Shown: positions 61,801 through 64,000 of the stretch, piece by piece
Layout: every line of letters starts with the position of its first letter
Position numbering within the stretch: position 1 is the stretch's first letter
From: Cyanophora paradoxa CCMP329
Lineage: Eukaryota; Plantae; Glaucophyta
Direction: 5' to 3'
DNA length: 64,000 nucleotides
Assembly: GCA_004431415.1 (NCBI GenBank)
Contig: QPMI01000559.1
Span: 1-64,000 of the forward strand
The notes under the pieces: model-generated
Databases searched by the model: none
The model's input: only the letters and a program-made list of their open reading frames with translations
What the model was told of the DNA's origin: nothing
Position numbers and translations under genes: made by a program

Positions 61801-63980
61801 ACGATCCCCGGCACGGTGGAGCTAGTAGAAGTGTCGGGCGCCCCCGTGGAAGAATGCGAGGGGCAGGTACAGACGCGCTCGGGGCGCGCCAGTCGCCAGG
61901 TCCTGCGCCAAGCCCGTCTTGAATACTTCAAGCCCTTCAGGCAGGCGGCCGCGACCATCACTGCGCACCGATGGCGGATGCTGCTGCAGGCAAAGCAGGA
62001 GGGCGATGAGAGGGTCAACTGGCACCTCCTCTCCGAGCCCGACGCCGCTCACCTCGCCACGCTCGAGGCGAACCCGCCCGACTTGCCCCCCTGCCGCAAG
62101 ATGAAGCGCCCCGGTCAGCTCCAACAAGGAGGCGCGCGAGCTATACTACTATCAGGCCGATCCGTACAGTTGGGTTGCATACCTGGAGACCTGGAAGGGC
62201 CTCGAAGCCCGCTACCGCAAAGAGCACCTGGAGGCCGAGGCGGCGTCCGGCGGCTCATACGTGGCCGACGCCCAGCGTACGCCTGGACGGACGGGAGCCT
62301 GAAAGAGGGCCAGACGGTTAACGCTCGCGCGGGCTACGCAGTACACTGGCCGGAAACGGACCTCAGAACTGGCGCAAGCCTGCACCCGCCGGGTATCCTC
62401 ACGGACTTCTTTGCCCGGCTCCGGGGCCTGCAGGAGATCAACAAGGCGGAACTCCAGGCGGCGCTCATGGCTGACCTGCTCTCGCCTTTCGGAGCGGTTC
62501 TACACGTCGACAACATGAACGCGATCCGCTGGTATTCCGATTTCGTCCAGCACGCGAGCTGCCGCAGCCCGCGGGAATACATCCGGCACGCCTGCTCCGC
62601 GGAACTGTACGCATGGAGCAAGCTCAGGACAATGCTAGAGGAGCGCGGGCGGCCGCTCAAACTCGTCAAAGTCAAAGCGCACGCGAAGGGCGACGCCCGC
62701 GACCCCACAACGACATCGCGGACGCCGGAGCGAACGTGGCGGCCGACCTGGATCTGGCGGACGAAAACCGGCATGAACCTCTCTTTCTGCCGCCGGCCTT
62801 CAGCATGCCTGCGGTGCTCACCATCAGCGACCCGACGGGCGCACACGACGGGTGGAAGGGGACCCCAAGGCACACATGGACGCACTTCACGAGCACCAGA
62901 CGCACTTTGCCTGGACCCAACAACCGCTGGCTGGCGCGCTCCTGCGCCGAAGCGCCGACGGCGCAGACATAGCAGGGCTATATGCGGAAACGAGCGTAGG
63001 CTCCCGATTCCAAGGCGCCAATGGAGCCCGCAACGCGCTATTCAAGTTTCGGACGCAGCTGCTCTGTAGCTCGCTACCAGCGAACGAAGTCCGGGTACGT
63101 GACCAGAAGGAACTCTACGCCGCCTGCAACCCTGGGGGACGCTGTGCGGGCTGCGCCACCAGAACGCCTTTCCCTCGTGCAGAGACTAGCGGCCCGACAG
63201 CCTCACAGAACAGCCAGACTGCACCAGAGGCCTCGCATGCCCAACCAGCAGCGGGCCCCAGCCGCCCGAACCGGGCACCGACGGCTCTTACCGCAGGCCC
63301 GACTGAAACTTTCCCGCACGTCTTCCTGTGCCCGGGTCCGCATGCGGTCGCGCACCGCGCGGAGACTGCTCGCGAACTGAACCGACTTCTGCTCTGCGCA
63401 TACAGAGAGGCCCACGGACTCACAGCGCCGCCAGCAGGAGCCCTCCTTGCCCCCGACCTGGTCCCAATCTTCCTCCGCGTCGCGGACGACGACGCCGAGG
63501 CGCGCAGCTACGATGGTAGGCCGTACGCGTACCCGCGCCTCTGGGTGCTCCAGGGCCTTGCTCCGCAGAGTCTAGAAAGCGCCCTCGCACGCTGCCTGAA
63601 CCTTGCACCCCGGTACGCGGCACGCGCAGCTAAACGCGTTCGGCAGACGCTTCTGGAGCGGGCCCGACGCCTCTGGTCACGTCGCTGCGAAATCAACGCG
63701 GAGTGGGAACGCGACTGCCGCGTCTCCCAGGCCTCAAAGAAGCGACCGCGCCCGCCCCGCACGGGCGCCCGCGCCCGAGAGCGGGCCCGCGGCCCCCGGA
63801 CCTGTAAGGAAGTCTGCGCCGCCTGCGACGGGCCGATTCGCCTTCACAATCTACTCAACGCCGCTCGGAACGCAGACTGCCCACCGGAGTACGCGGGCTG
63901 GAAGGCGGCGCTCCGCGCCCAAGAGCTCTACGATTGCGTCAAGGTACGCCCTTGGGAGCCACATCCTAGCCCGCTCTAAA
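55818..63980 (+). mobile_element. Non-LTR retrotransposon (APE-RT-RNase H-zinc finger; L1/Tx1-like architecture)
   Basis: Intron-less ~8 kb. Flanked by CGGTACCCCG at 55808-55817 and 63981-63990 (candidate TSD; boundaries depend on this). Confidence 0.85.
57584..63979 (+). CDS. Retroelement polyprotein, frameshifted: endonuclease, reverse transcriptase, RNase H, Zn fingers
   Basis: APE: MTFNVRG, DVMALQE, SVYM, LGDWN, RID, SDHFPV. RT: RPITLQE, NYGFR, DIRRAYDSV, GLPQG, AYADD, FKLLGV. RNase H: WTDGS, NKAELQA, VDNM, KVKAH, NDIAD. C-terminal CAGC...ETFPHVFLC and CAAC...H...CP. Confidence 0.92.
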
Positions 63981-64000
63981 CGGTACCCCGAGTCGCGCGA

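Overview
This is eukaryotic nuclear DNA in four blocks. (1) 1 to ~11 kb is an AT-rich, intron-less endogenous DNA virus segment of Polinton-like/virophage type, truncated by the left window edge. It carries a minor capsid (penton) gene, a patatin phospholipase, a ~5.4 kb modular phage-like tail-fibre gene ending in an intramolecular chaperone (peptidase S74-type) domain, two further fibre-like paralogues and small ORFs. (2) ~11-15.6 kb is a junction zone with an 81-bp GC-rich minisatellite, a transposon-end-like repeat cluster and a mosaic of fragments copied from loci 15-27 kb downstream. (3) ~15.6-55.5 kb is a compact, very GC-rich, intron-dense host gene block, mostly in head-to-head pairs. 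It holds mitochondrial ferredoxin, plastid Hsp33, GET2/CAML-like, DUF3128/Emi1-like, golgin-84, HUS1, SEC6, plastid NFU, HEXIM-like, DYRK1, strictosidine-synthase-like, DIV-type MYB, TBC RabGAP and an STPG/ODF3-like protein. Many of its introns have GC donors and lack a polypyrimidine tract. (4) ~55.8-64 kb is an APE-RT-RNase H non-LTR retrotransposon. Phe-containing transit peptides without a signal peptide, plus a flagellar protein, suggest a flagellated primary-plastid alga, possibly a glaucophyte such as Cyanophora (inference only). Exon boundaries and protein identities were assigned by eye from motifs, with no database search. Frameshifts are concentrated in the virus and the retroelement and may be uncorrected sequencing errors.
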